Origin: an uncultured virus (IMG/VR IMGVR_UViG_3300025103_000005)
Lineage: Duplodnaviria > Heunggongvirae > Uroviricota > Caudoviricetes
Direction: 5' to 3' (one strand)
Length of the DNA stretch: 54,349 nt
IMG/VR virus record: IMGVR_UViG_3300025103_000005
Below are positions 25,700 through 35,297 of the stretch, piece after piece. The translations under genes and the position numbers were made by a program. The notes under the pieces are model-generated. The model had not been told where the DNA came from. It saw only the letters and a list, made by a program, of their open reading frames with translations, and searched no databases. Every line of letters begins with the position of its first letter. The first letter of the stretch is position 1.

Positions 25700-26364
25700 T
25701 GACATTCGGACAACCACCAGTAAGTAGTGGACTGAGCCTCAATTTGAGTCAATCTGGCGCGCCGATGACTAACGGTTACGCGGCCTCTGCTGCTGCACCA
25801 GCCTATTCCGGCTATGCTGCACCTAACCAAGGTTGGTATGGGAGCCAACAACCCAGCGCAGGACAAGCATTGTTTGCAGGCCTTACAGGGCAAGACCCTT
25901 ACAATCAACAAGCAATTATGCCGCCCAGTGAGACTGAGATTCTAATGACAATGTTGGACCAGCAGTATTCTGTTGAGAGGTTTCTTGCATCTCCTCTCTT
26001 TTCACAATTACTTGAGATAATCAGCGCCATAACCACTTTCTCTGTTCTAAACGTTCTGAAAGGGGCATCTTACACTTTTGATGAGGATGCTGGTGTATTC
26101 TCTTTCAATACCACTACGTTACCTCAAGAACTTCAAACAATGAGTGCTGAAAACGTCTTGGCTCAAGTCACTGCATTAAATGCGCAACTTGGACAAATTA
26201 TTGGACAAGCAGACCAAATCAAAATGCAAACTATGCAGAATGCTGGTAATAGTATACTCCAAGCACAACTTGCTAACGCTATGGCAAATCCCGGCATGAT
26301 GACGGGTGCCGCAGAAGCAGGAGGTTCCTTCTTGAGGAACTTCATTACTGGAGGTAGAGTCTGA
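25699..26364 (+). CDS. Gln/Ala-rich hypothetical protein
   Basis: ORF track 221 aa; coupled. Confidence 0.75.
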   Translation: MTFGQPPVSSGLSLNLSQSGAPMTNGYAASAAAPAYSGYAAPNQGWYGSQQPSAGQALFAGLTGQDPYNQQAIMPPSETEILMTMLDQQYSVERFLASPLFSQLLEIISAITTFSVLNVLKGASYTFDEDAGVFSFNTTTLPQELQTMSAENVLAQVTALNAQLGQIIGQADQIKMQTMQNAGNSILQAQLANAMANPGMMTGAAEAGGSFLRNFITGGRV

Positions 26365-26618
26365 TGATGAGAAGAGGGTCAAATTTCATGCCAAAGCAAA
26401 TTGCCGACGTGACCATGCACATGCTTGCACCTAAGAGGCAAGTTGTCGTAGATATGGTGATGGTTCAACTCATCAGTGCTATCCTTATCTTTTTGGGAAT
26501 TTTAACCTTCAAAAATACCGAAATCACTCAAGTAGAGATGTCGATGTATATGCTTGGAGTTTTTATTTCCTTTGTTCTTCTCACTTCAATCTACCAGCGT
26601 ATTACGCGCCCAGTCTAA
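26364..26618 (+). CDS. Small two-TM membrane protein (holin-like topology)
   Basis: Two hydrophobic helices in 84 aa. Confidence 0.65.
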   Translation: MMRRGSNFMPKQIADVTMHMLAPKRQVVVDMVMVQLISAILIFLGILTFKNTEITQVEMSMYMLGVFISFVLLTSIYQRITRPV

Positions 26619-26654
26619 GCAATGCTGATTAAGCACATAGTATTCCGCTTATGT

Positions 26655-27338
26655 ATGGTTGAGCGTAAGCCAGTCGTAAAGAGGTCGTGTGCCTTTTGTC
26701 AAATCGAGGAGAGGGAGGTGCTCGAAGAGACTCTTACGAATGGCGAAATGTCATGTTCGCAGTTGGATAAGGACATGGGTTGGAGAGCCAATACTGCAGA
26801 CCGGCATTTTCGTAATCATATGGGTCAATATCACATGGCTGCAAACCCGTCTTGTATTATTTGCTCAAGTGAGAGTAGAAGTAAATATGAGGAGCGTTTC
26901 TTCTCTGATGGAGCAGAATCAGACGCAATAGCAGAAGAGTTAGGAATCAAGGAGAGCACTGTATATCATCACATGAAGCATCACTTTCAGCCATTGGTTC
27001 AACGCTCGGCGGCGACTGAAGTCGCAATTACCGTTGGAAATGAGATTACTGTTCTTCGAGGGAACGTCGAGAGACTAAACTCGAAACTTACAGAACTCAT
27101 GGATGAAGGGGATGTGCACGAGGATGGATTTGTGAGAAAAGCCGTATCTCTCCATAAGGAAGTTCGTGAGTCTATCAAAGATTTAACCAAAGTGCAAGAC
27201 CAATGGGGCACTATGGGTGACGGCACGCAAGTTAATCAAACCATTAACATTCTACAAGTTGAACTGGCAAAGGAGAGTCCAGAGAGTTGGAAACGTATCA
27301 AGACAAAACTCCAAAGTGAAACAGGTGAGATATCGTGA
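26655..27338 (+). CDS. Putative terminase small subunit or Zn-HTH DNA-binding protein
   Basis: Two CxxC...HxxxH units with HTH-like IAEELGIKESTVYHH, coiled coil, NQTINIL tail; lies upstream of TerL. Confidence 0.5.
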   Translation: MVERKPVVKRSCAFCQIEEREVLEETLTNGEMSCSQLDKDMGWRANTADRHFRNHMGQYHMAANPSCIICSSESRSKYEERFFSDGAESDAIAEELGIKESTVYHHMKHHFQPLVQRSAATEVAITVGNEITVLRGNVERLNSKLTELMDEGDVHEDGFVRKAVSLHKEVRESIKDLTKVQDQWGTMGDGTQVNQTINILQVELAKESPESWKRIKTKLQSETGEIS

Positions 27339-27757
27339 TACCTATTTCGGACCTTATGCAAGTAAATCATCCGGGGTATCGGGTTTTCTGTATGGGTCAT
27401 AATATGCGTGAAGTGCACTATCCTGTATTCTTGGATTATTGCGTAAACGTATGTGAGAGATTCAGGTTTTATGCCCATCAACATAATGGTTCGATAATAG
27501 TCGAAAATAGCATTATGCAAGTCATAGAGTGTCTCAAGAATATAGATGAGACAGACGAGCCGGAAGAAGTGTTTCCACTTAGAGAGCAGATTCGTAACTC
27601 ATGCTATGAGTTCAAGATGCATTGCGATGAAATGGGGAGTAAGTTTACTCGACCAGATGCCATTACAGAGTTCTACGATAGAATCGCAGATTTGGTTATA
27701 GATGTAACATTCACATATGCGGGCGTAGAAAACCTCTATGAAAACAAGGAGGCATAA
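27335..27757 (+). CDS. Hypothetical protein (140 aa)
   Basis: ORF track; GTGA overlap. Confidence 0.7.
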   Translation: MIPISDLMQVNHPGYRVFCMGHNMREVHYPVFLDYCVNVCERFRFYAHQHNGSIIVENSIMQVIECLKNIDETDEPEEVFPLREQIRNSCYEFKMHCDEMGSKFTRPDAITEFYDRIADLVIDVTFTYAGVENLYENKEA

Positions 27758-27758
27758 T

Positions 27759-29627
27759 ATGGGCAAGATTCTGATTCGTAAAGCACAGGGAACCATGGGA
27801 ATGGGAACTGGGTCAGACTTGCGGATATACAATCCGAGAAGTGAATCTTCGACGATGTTTCGTCACAATCATGAAGATGAGGATAGTGTACACTCCCCAG
27901 AAGATGGGAAATATCGTGATGAGAGAACAGCCAAGAAGAAAAAAGAGCGAGAGGATAGGGCCGCCGAATTGAAAAATATCAAACACATTCCTATCAAAAC
28001 CACTGATTTACATGAAGATGAGGACGTGGATGAGGATTTAGAACCGACCAAGTTTGACAGGGAACTCGAACCTTCTCTCATGACTGGAACTCATGGGAAC
28101 TTCGGCGCCATGACAAGTATGGCAAATCAAGCGAAAGGGCCGGGTTTTGCTGGAGGCCATGCTTTTGCTATGGGTGAACCAATGGAAATCGCTTTCCAGT
28201 TGTTGAAGAGGCAAACGACTTTGCCCGGTTACGACAGGAAACGTGTAGAGGAAATGGTATCTCCAGAGAATAGTAATATCTGGATTGCTGCTAAACCGGG
28301 AAATGAGGAAATCTCATCTGAGCAGTCCAGCAACCTATCAGATGCAATGCTTCGAGAACTTGCTACACTAAATCGTAATCACGGACCCTTCTCCATAACA
28401 AGTGCAACGGGAAATAGTGGCGAATGGGGTACGGAACCATCATTTATGCTGACTGGGGTATCTGAAAAGACTCTTCCTCATATTCACGAATTAGCAGATA
28501 GATTCGGCCAACAAAGTATAGCGATATCTAATGCAAATAGTGAAGCAGCAAGATTTGAAACTCCTCAAGGAAATGTAACTGATGAGTTTACAAGTATGGA
28601 TTTTAACCCAAATGCAGAGTATTCCACAGACTTTCCTACCGGTCAAAGATTAGAGTTTAAGAAGAGCGTCATAGTTCTCAAGAGAGATGAGAGAGTGGGA
28701 TTTGTTGGTAAGAAGCCAAAGAGAGCAACGGGTGCTAAAGCAAGGAAAGATTACAAGGAGAGAAGTCGTCATTGGCGACCTTCGACTGGCGAGTTCAAAC
28801 GGCCACCCGGCGGTATGACTCCCAGTAGTGCTACTGGAAGAAGGGCAAAGTCACGGATGCGAGGTATCAAGAGTGGTAAGAAGACCGGATTGAGTAGGGC
28901 TCATCTTGCTGTTGAGATGTCACACCGTGGTGTGAAGACTAAGCAACCTAAATCGAAAGACCCAAGGGCGTATAGGCAATATATGGGACAGCAAGAAGCG
29001 AGAAAGCGACTTGGTAATGTCAGAACAGTGCACGCCACGCCTGCGAGATTCGGAGCACGTTCCTATCGAGCCGGTCCGACTGGTGCCGGAATGTTGCAGA
29101 GTCAGTTGCCGGGACAGGCTGCAGCCGCAAGACAATCAGCCATGAGACGGATAAGGCCACCTCGAATCCCATCAGTAAGAATGCCATCGGTTCCTAACAT
29201 TCCCGGCGGTGCTCCACCGAGCCCTCCAATGAGTGTAATGGGACAAGGTGGCGGGCAAATAGGAGTGGGGATGCCCAAACTACCGACTGCGACAGTGCAG
29301 GGGGCAGGTCCGGGAATGGTAATGACTGGCAAAGTGGGAGTAGGTAGTGATTTGCAGAAGCGGGGACTATCATACTACGACATGGCCGAACTTCGCCAAC
29401 TCGTCAATGATGCTCGAAGAGCGATGAAGCGGAAGGAGACTAAGAAAAAGGGGAAGGGAGACAGAGACACAAGTGGCGGTGGCTCTAATTTACCAAAACA
29501 TCCAGAGAATGGGCCTAAACAAACAACTCGACCCGAAGGTGCTACCGAAGATGCGAATAATGAACCAAGAACATTCGGCTTAGACCCCATAGGCCACTTA
29601 GTAGGACGTGGAGGTAGAACTCCATGA
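27759..29627 (+). CDS. Multi-module putative virion internal protein with SAM-lyase/DUF3293-like module and basic and Pro-rich regions
   Basis: MGKILIRK start after GGAGG; internal MGEPMEIAFQLLK (28170-28208); GEWGTEPSF...LADRFGQQSI. Confidence 0.6.
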   Translation: MGKILIRKAQGTMGMGTGSDLRIYNPRSESSTMFRHNHEDEDSVHSPEDGKYRDERTAKKKKEREDRAAELKNIKHIPIKTTDLHEDEDVDEDLEPTKFDRELEPSLMTGTHGNFGAMTSMANQAKGPGFAGGHAFAMGEPMEIAFQLLKRQTTLPGYDRKRVEEMVSPENSNIWIAAKPGNEEISSEQSSNLSDAMLRELATLNRNHGPFSITSATGNSGEWGTEPSFMLTGVSEKTLPHIHELADRFGQQSIAISNANSEAARFETPQGNVTDEFTSMDFNPNAEYSTDFPTGQRLEFKKSVIVLKRDERVGFVGKKPKRATGAKARKDYKERSRHWRPSTGEFKRPPGGMTPSSATGRRAKSRMRGIKSGKKTGLSRAHLAVEMSHRGVKTKQPKSKDPRAYRQYMGQQEARKRLGNVRTVHATPARFGARSYRAGPTGAGMLQSQLPGQAAAARQSAMRRIRPPRIPSVRMPSVPNIPGGAPPSPPMSVMGQGGGQIGVGMPKLPTATVQGAGPGMVMTGKVGVGSDLQKRGLSYYDMAELRQLVNDARRAMKRKETKKKGKGDRDTSGGGSNLPKHPENGPKQTTRPEGATEDANNEPRTFGLDPIGHLVGRGGRTP

Positions 29628-32008
29628 TTTACTCATCTCCTCAACTTCTCAAGGCTCTCCTCATTAGGAAGGGCGATGGTAACTATCTACTCTATGGTGG
29701 GCAACTTCAAGTTCAAAGATATCCGCCACCAGAGGCTCATTTTGAAGACCCGGCTAAACCAGATATTCCGGCTTTTGCTCACACTGGTGGTCATGGGGAG
29801 AATGATACCGGTCACCCCGGTGTGGGCCACGTGATAAACGGCACATGGGTGAAGGGAGAACATGGTGAAATGGTCTGGCGCGATGACTCTGCTAATGAAT
29901 ATCTACATGGTATTGATGGCTTAATCAGGGCTGTTGGAAGTGAGTTTGCTAAGAGAGGCATAGAAGCCAATCCAAAGGACGTAATTCAACGAGCCATTGA
30001 CAGACACAATATGGGAAGAGCAGAGAATGACCAAGTTCCTCATATTGATAGCAATGAGTGGAAAAAACTCCACATGTCTCATTTGAATGAAGGCGGACCT
30101 GTTAGAGGTAAAGATGGTCAATTTATCACTACTATCTCGAACGGTCTTAAGCACGCCAAAGACCATTGGCTTGGGAGATTTATGGAATCATACCATATCC
30201 CTATGAACAAAGAACTTGGAGCGGAAATGGCCGCAGTAGGCCATGAAAATCCCAATAGACACAGTTGGATTCGGGAACCTTACGTTAAGCCACATAGGTT
30301 GTCTTTTGCAGTCAATCCCGATGGAGAATTACAACCTGCTGGTGGGTCAGCCGATAATCTCAAAGGAAGAACAACGCTCCCTCAAAGAGATGTTCAAAGA
30401 CTCTTAGAAAGTGGATTGATGAGTGGTACACCAGAGTTCCAAAACATATCGGCTTGGGGACTCGGCGGAATGAAGGCGCCAACCTATTATCTCAGACAAC
30501 CATATGGCAACCAAAATCCAGTGAATATAAATCCACAAACTAAGGCAAGTTTCATGCATGAAATGATGCAAGCAATGGGAGGTAGCCCAGAGTCACTCGC
30601 CAACAACACCATAGTGAATAGTGCTGGAGCAAAGGAGTTCATCAGTAAATTACCAAACAATTTTTCGATACCAGTCGAAGGAAGGAATCGGTCATTGAAG
30701 GCTCTTCTAATGTCTGGTTCAGCAGGTTGGGAGAAGGTATACGGCTCTCTATCAAACGTAGTAGCATTCCAAGGTATGTTTGGTGAAAACAAGAGAGGAA
30801 GACGAGATGCAAATGGAAAGTTGCAGGGAAGCACAATCGGAAAGAAGAATCTACTCTACGGTGAGAGATATGGAGATATGGCAGAAGAGGGACAAGGAAT
30901 CGACAAGTTTCTCGGACACTCAGCCAGAATAGGCAATCAGCATATATACAGAACCGAGGGTGGTCGAGGTCTCGGCACACACACTCGTGCAAAAGACCAT
31001 TACAGTCATATTCTTCTTGCTGCTGCACATGGCATCGCGCACCATGAGGATGAATTATCACCAGAAGCACTGGCTCTCAATAATATCAAACTGATTGATA
31101 ATGAACAGGAAAGGGCACAGATACCAAGATTAAGAAAGGTCATGGAGGTGCTCGGTAATACGATAATGATTGCCAGAGGAATCGAACCTATGAAAATACC
31201 CGACCAAGAAACATTGCGGAATATGCAGGCGTTTACAGGTCACGACCTCAGAGGAGGAACTCACGAAGACCCGGCAATGCTCGGCATTCCAGACCACGTA
31301 AGATTAGTAGGAACAACTGCTCTTCCAATAGATACAGAACCTCACATTACGGGACTTGGCACCCCATCATCACCTCACCAATCAGTAGACGGAGCGCCCG
31401 TTAGACCCGGTGCTGCTGAAATGATTCAAGGAGGAGGTCAATCGGCTGCAACTGGGCCTCCTCCACCTAATCCATTCAATATCCCCGGTGCCACTGTTAC
31501 TCGAACACCGGCAGACCCTTCAATTGCGGGAACTCGATTTCCGGTAGACCCAACTACACCGGGTTTAGACCCACTGCAACAAGTTAGAGCAAGGGTAGGT
31601 AATGCTCCTATGGAGAAAGTGAGAGATTTTATGGCACGACGAGAAATGCCAGTTACGCCACAAAGAGTGCAGCAGTTTCAGCAGTCTTATGGCGACCCAT
31701 ATCAAACGCAGTTATTTGACCCCAATCAACCATGGATGCAGAAGTCGGATAATCTGGTCAATGTGGTAGAGACGATACAGATAGACGATGCTATGAGCGA
31801 TATGGCAATAATGAAGCATGTCCCTACGAGAAAATTAGACAAGAGGTCGATAACAGATATCTTACTTATTGCTAAGAGAATGGATATTTCACCAGTAGAT
31901 GTTCGCACGATACTCAATACCAAAGGCGATTGGGAGCGTATTACCAAGACCTATGGCTATGATGAGGATGCCATTAAGGTAGTCAAGGTTTCATTTGGAG
32001 GGATTTGA
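29624..32008 (+). CDS. Large hypothetical protein (794 aa), possible virion internal protein
   Basis: ORF track; LLKA, IRKG and MQKS motifs. Confidence 0.75.
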   Translation: MIYSSPQLLKALLIRKGDGNYLLYGGQLQVQRYPPPEAHFEDPAKPDIPAFAHTGGHGENDTGHPGVGHVINGTWVKGEHGEMVWRDDSANEYLHGIDGLIRAVGSEFAKRGIEANPKDVIQRAIDRHNMGRAENDQVPHIDSNEWKKLHMSHLNEGGPVRGKDGQFITTISNGLKHAKDHWLGRFMESYHIPMNKELGAEMAAVGHENPNRHSWIREPYVKPHRLSFAVNPDGELQPAGGSADNLKGRTTLPQRDVQRLLESGLMSGTPEFQNISAWGLGGMKAPTYYLRQPYGNQNPVNINPQTKASFMHEMMQAMGGSPESLANNTIVNSAGAKEFISKLPNNFSIPVEGRNRSLKALLMSGSAGWEKVYGSLSNVVAFQGMFGENKRGRRDANGKLQGSTIGKKNLLYGERYGDMAEEGQGIDKFLGHSARIGNQHIYRTEGGRGLGTHTRAKDHYSHILLAAAHGIAHHEDELSPEALALNNIKLIDNEQERAQIPRLRKVMEVLGNTIMIARGIEPMKIPDQETLRNMQAFTGHDLRGGTHEDPAMLGIPDHVRLVGTTALPIDTEPHITGLGTPSSPHQSVDGAPVRPGAAEMIQGGGQSAATGPPPPNPFNIPGATVTRTPADPSIAGTRFPVDPTTPGLDPLQQVRARVGNAPMEKVRDFMARREMPVTPQRVQQFQQSYGDPYQTQLFDPNQPWMQKSDNLVNVVETIQIDDAMSDMAIMKHVPTRKLDKRSITDILLIAKRMDISPVDVRTILNTKGDWERITKTYGYDEDAIKVVKVSFGGI

Positions 32009-32616
32009 TGGGGAAAGTCATGGTCATTAGGAAAGAAGCAGGAACAGCGTCTGCTGTTGGTGGTGGCGGTGGCAGTGTAGGAGTCGGATTGGGCGGTGGT
32101 GGCCTGATGTTCATGTTGGGGCAAGGCAGAACGATGACGCCGGAACAATTGGCAGATGCCGGATTTGGAGAAATCGGAAGCGATAGACACAATAGAGCAC
32201 TCCGTATGCAGCGAATAGGTCATGCAGCAAGATATGGCGCCGCAGGATTAGGTGCATTCAATGCACTCTATAATCAGACTTCAAGCGGCCAGCCGGGAAT
32301 TGGGGGAGCCATGGCAACCGGTGCGATGAGCGGATATGCTGGAACTGCTGGTGCAGAAGATATAGCAGCACGAATGGGACAGCGCTTTGGAAGAAAATTA
32401 GACGATAAAGTGTATCATGATGATTTTGTTGAGGGGCCAGAGGTCGCATCTCCATCTCCAGAGCCACTGATGATTACAGAAGGTTATGCAGAGATGACCC
32501 CCGAAGAGGCATCGTGGCAATATATGCAAAACGTTCACGCTGGGGCAGCAGAAGATTTTCCTGAGACTGAGGAAGAGAGACTGAATAGAGATGCAAGGAG
32601 TTACGATTGGTCATGA
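32005..32616 (+). CDS. Gly/Ala-rich hypothetical protein, possible ejection/pilot protein
   Basis: MGKVMVIRK start resembles 27759; glycine-zipper-like stretches. Confidence 0.65.
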   Translation: MMGKVMVIRKEAGTASAVGGGGGSVGVGLGGGGLMFMLGQGRTMTPEQLADAGFGEIGSDRHNRALRMQRIGHAARYGAAGLGAFNALYNQTSSGQPGIGGAMATGAMSGYAGTAGAEDIAARMGQRFGRKLDDKVYHDDFVEGPEVASPSPEPLMITEGYAEMTPEEASWQYMQNVHAGAAEDFPETEEERLNRDARSYDWS

Positions 32617-34091
32617 GTAATGAGCAGATGGACGCCTTCATCCTGAATATGGATAGAGAGATGTGCAAGAAGTCATTCAAGTATTTCTTCGTAGATATCC
32701 TTGGTTTCCTATACAATCACCATCATGACGATTGGCGGAAGGGATTAGAAGAGTCACAATACTACTGCGTGAAAGCATCTCGTGACCACGGTAAATCCGT
32801 CTTCTTCATGTCGTATGCGCTATGGCTTGCTGCATTCAATCCCGGCAAACACGTTATGGTTTTCTCTCACTCACTTGAGCAGACGCTTGAGCATATGAGA
32901 TTCATTCGCAATCTGATAGAGGGAAATGACATCCTTAGACATTTGAAGCCAGAGGGCAAGCCTTGGGCGAAATCTTACTTCGAGTTTTCTAATGGTAGCC
33001 GTATGATGGCAAAGTCAGTTGGTGGAGCAACTCGTGGATTCCACCCCGATATTGTCGTTTGTGACGATATTCTCTGGGGAACGACTGCTTCTGAATTGGC
33101 TAAGACGGCCGATTGGTTCTACGGCGTTCTCCTTCCGGTTCTCCATCACACGAGTAAATTGATGATGGTTGGCACGCCATTTAGTTACAATGACTTGTAT
33201 GCGGAATTAGAGCAGAAGGAGACATTTAGAGTAGAGACTTATCCTGCAATTGATGCTGAAGGAATTGCTCTTTGGCCTGAGCGTTGGGATTTAGAAGCCT
33301 TAGATTTGAGGCGCATGTCGATGCCAGCAATTCAGTTTACGCGAGAATATCTCTGTGAGCCTATTCACGATGTAGCAAGTATGTTCCCGATGCCTTTGTT
33401 GGAGCAAGCAAGAGACACTGATTTGGTTCTGATAGACAGGGCCGAAACTAATTACAACGAAGAAGGAGAGGCAGATGGTGTCTTCGGACAGCACTTCATA
33501 GGTCACGACCCTGCGATAGCATCTGATAAGAATGCTGATTTTACTGCGATGACTGTTATGCGTATCAAACCCGATGAGGAGAAGAAGGAGATAATCCACG
33601 TCGTTCACGAAAGAGGAATGTCCTCAGTAGCACAAAAGAGGATGATGGTGATGCTCAATAGTAAGTTTCAACCTGAACTTATCGAACTTGAGGGAAATAA
33701 CTTCCAAAGAATGCTTGAGCAAGAGATGAGAGAACTTAGGGCGGATATGCCTATTCGAGTATTCATGACTACGCGCACGCGTAAGGAGAGTTTGTTCATG
33801 TCTCTCCTTCTTGCATTTGAGCAAGGACACATTAAAACTCCATATGGCGATGAGAGAAGTAAGAAATACACTCATGCTCTTGAGCAGGAACTCAATCGTT
33901 TCGGTATGCAGAAGAGTGGTAAGTTAGAGAGCGTAGGCGTGCACGATGACTTAGCGATGAGTATAGCACTCGCAAATTGGGCATCTAAGGAGTTTAAGGG
34001 AAGTGTAATGCTCTTGGATGATTATATGCCCGGTTTCGATAGTTGGGTAAGTGGGGATGGCAATAATACAGGGAGTTGGATGATACCATGA
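32613..34091 (+). CDS. terL: Terminase large subunit
   Basis: Walker A ASRDHGKS, RGFHPD, Walker B IVVCDD, GTP coupling motif, RNase-H-like GHDPA...D...HDDLAMS. Confidence 0.93.
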   Translation: MSNEQMDAFILNMDREMCKKSFKYFFVDILGFLYNHHHDDWRKGLEESQYYCVKASRDHGKSVFFMSYALWLAAFNPGKHVMVFSHSLEQTLEHMRFIRNLIEGNDILRHLKPEGKPWAKSYFEFSNGSRMMAKSVGGATRGFHPDIVVCDDILWGTTASELAKTADWFYGVLLPVLHHTSKLMMVGTPFSYNDLYAELEQKETFRVETYPAIDAEGIALWPERWDLEALDLRRMSMPAIQFTREYLCEPIHDVASMFPMPLLEQARDTDLVLIDRAETNYNEEGEADGVFGQHFIGHDPAIASDKNADFTAMTVMRIKPDEEKKEIIHVVHERGMSSVAQKRMMVMLNSKFQPELIELEGNNFQRMLEQEMRELRADMPIRVFMTTRTRKESLFMSLLLAFEQGHIKTPYGDERSKKYTHALEQELNRFGMQKSGKLESVGVHDDLAMSIALANWASKEFKGSVMLLDDYMPGFDSWVSGDGNNTGSWMIP

Positions 34092-34154
34092 ATAAGATAA
34101 ATACGACAGAAATAGACTCAAAGAATGTAAACACTACACTTTGGACGTGAGAGA

Positions 34155-35297
34155 ATGGGCATTTTTCCAGATAATGGAGACGGTTGGTTTGAAGCCAATC
34201 TTGGTTTTTCAGCATCTGAATTAGTGAAGCGTCTAAAGAAAGCCAGAAGGCACAATAAACAAGATAAGGATTTCATAGACAAAGCAATAGATGATATTAG
34301 AGCGTTGAAAATTATGGAAGTTGATGCTACATTGAAGGTGCATGATTGGAGTGAACCCTATTCTGATACTATCAAGGAATTAGGACTTACTGACCGTAAT
34401 ATGAAAGCACTCAGAAAGTTTGGAGAGTCAAGGAGTATTACTCTTCAAAGGGCTTGTCGCCAATGGGATAATGCAGATGATACACTTAAGATGCTCGAAG
34501 AATATGAAGATGTATGGGGCGATTCGGAAAAGAAGGCTTGGGTAGAAGCGATGGATGCCAAAAGAGATGCCAGATTGATATGGAAGACTGCACTTCATCA
34601 GATAGAAAGACTAACCGATAAAGAGAAGGAAACACTTGTCAAAAGTGCTGAGATTCTACAAAGTAAAGGCCCAATGACAGGAAGGATGATTTTTGAAAAC
34701 TTATCTGAAAAGAAGATTCTCCATAAGAGTATGACGTCCATGAAATTAGCAAAATTACTCTCAATGTATGGTGAGGAGATTGATATTATTGGAGGAGCAG
34801 GAAGAGGGACTTTTGTCAAGATGGATAAGACCGGTCTCATTATCAAAGACCCATGGGCGTATGCTGCTGGATTCCTCGATGCCGATGGCTATATCACAAT
34901 TACAAAGAGAGGTGAGCCTCGCGCTGGTTTCATAGCGACAGGGAATAGAGGTAAGATACATTGCGAACAACTGCAGAAAACTTTGGATTGCGGTATACTA
35001 CAGTTGGACCAAAAGGTGTATAGCGACAATCAACGCAGTCAGCATCGCCTTCAGTTCTATTCTAAAGCGGATATAGCAAAACTATTGAAAGGAGTCCTGC
35101 CATTCTTACAAATGAAAACAACTCAAGCAAAAGCGGTGCTTGCATTCATAGAAGAGAGAGATAGTCTGAAGAAAGACGAATTGAAGAAAGTAGTAAGGTA
35201 TAGCAATTGGAGTGACGATACCAATAAGGCTAATGCCCTACTGGCCGAGTGGGGTATAGAGGCCGACCAAGTGAATAAGTGGGCGGAGGCGATTTGA
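34155..35297 (+). CDS. LAGLIDADG-domain protein with long helical N-terminus
   Basis: AYAAGFLDADGYI motif; LPFLQMKTTQA resembles the LAGLIDADG PYLxxKxxQA tail. Confidence 0.8.
   Translation: MGIFPDNGDGWFEANLGFSASELVKRLKKARRHNKQDKDFIDKAIDDIRALKIMEVDATLKVHDWSEPYSDTIKELGLTDRNMKALRKFGESRSITLQRACRQWDNADDTLKMLEEYEDVWGDSEKKAWVEAMDAKRDARLIWKTALHQIERLTDKEKETLVKSAEILQSKGPMTGRMIFENLSEKKILHKSMTSMKLAKLLSMYGEEIDIIGGAGRGTFVKMDKTGLIIKDPWAYAAGFLDADGYITITKRGEPRAGFIATGNRGKIHCEQLQKTLDCGILQLDQKVYSDNQRSQHRLQFYSKADIAKLLKGVLPFLQMKTTQAKAVLAFIEERDSLKKDELKKVVRYSNWSDDTNKANALLAEWGIEADQVNKWAEAI

Noticed and set aside
34155..35297. Intein or group I intron in terminase/portal
   Set aside because: TerL ends with a complete nuclease domain and its own stop; the ORF has no Cys/Ser start or His-Asn end and no interrupted host gene is evident
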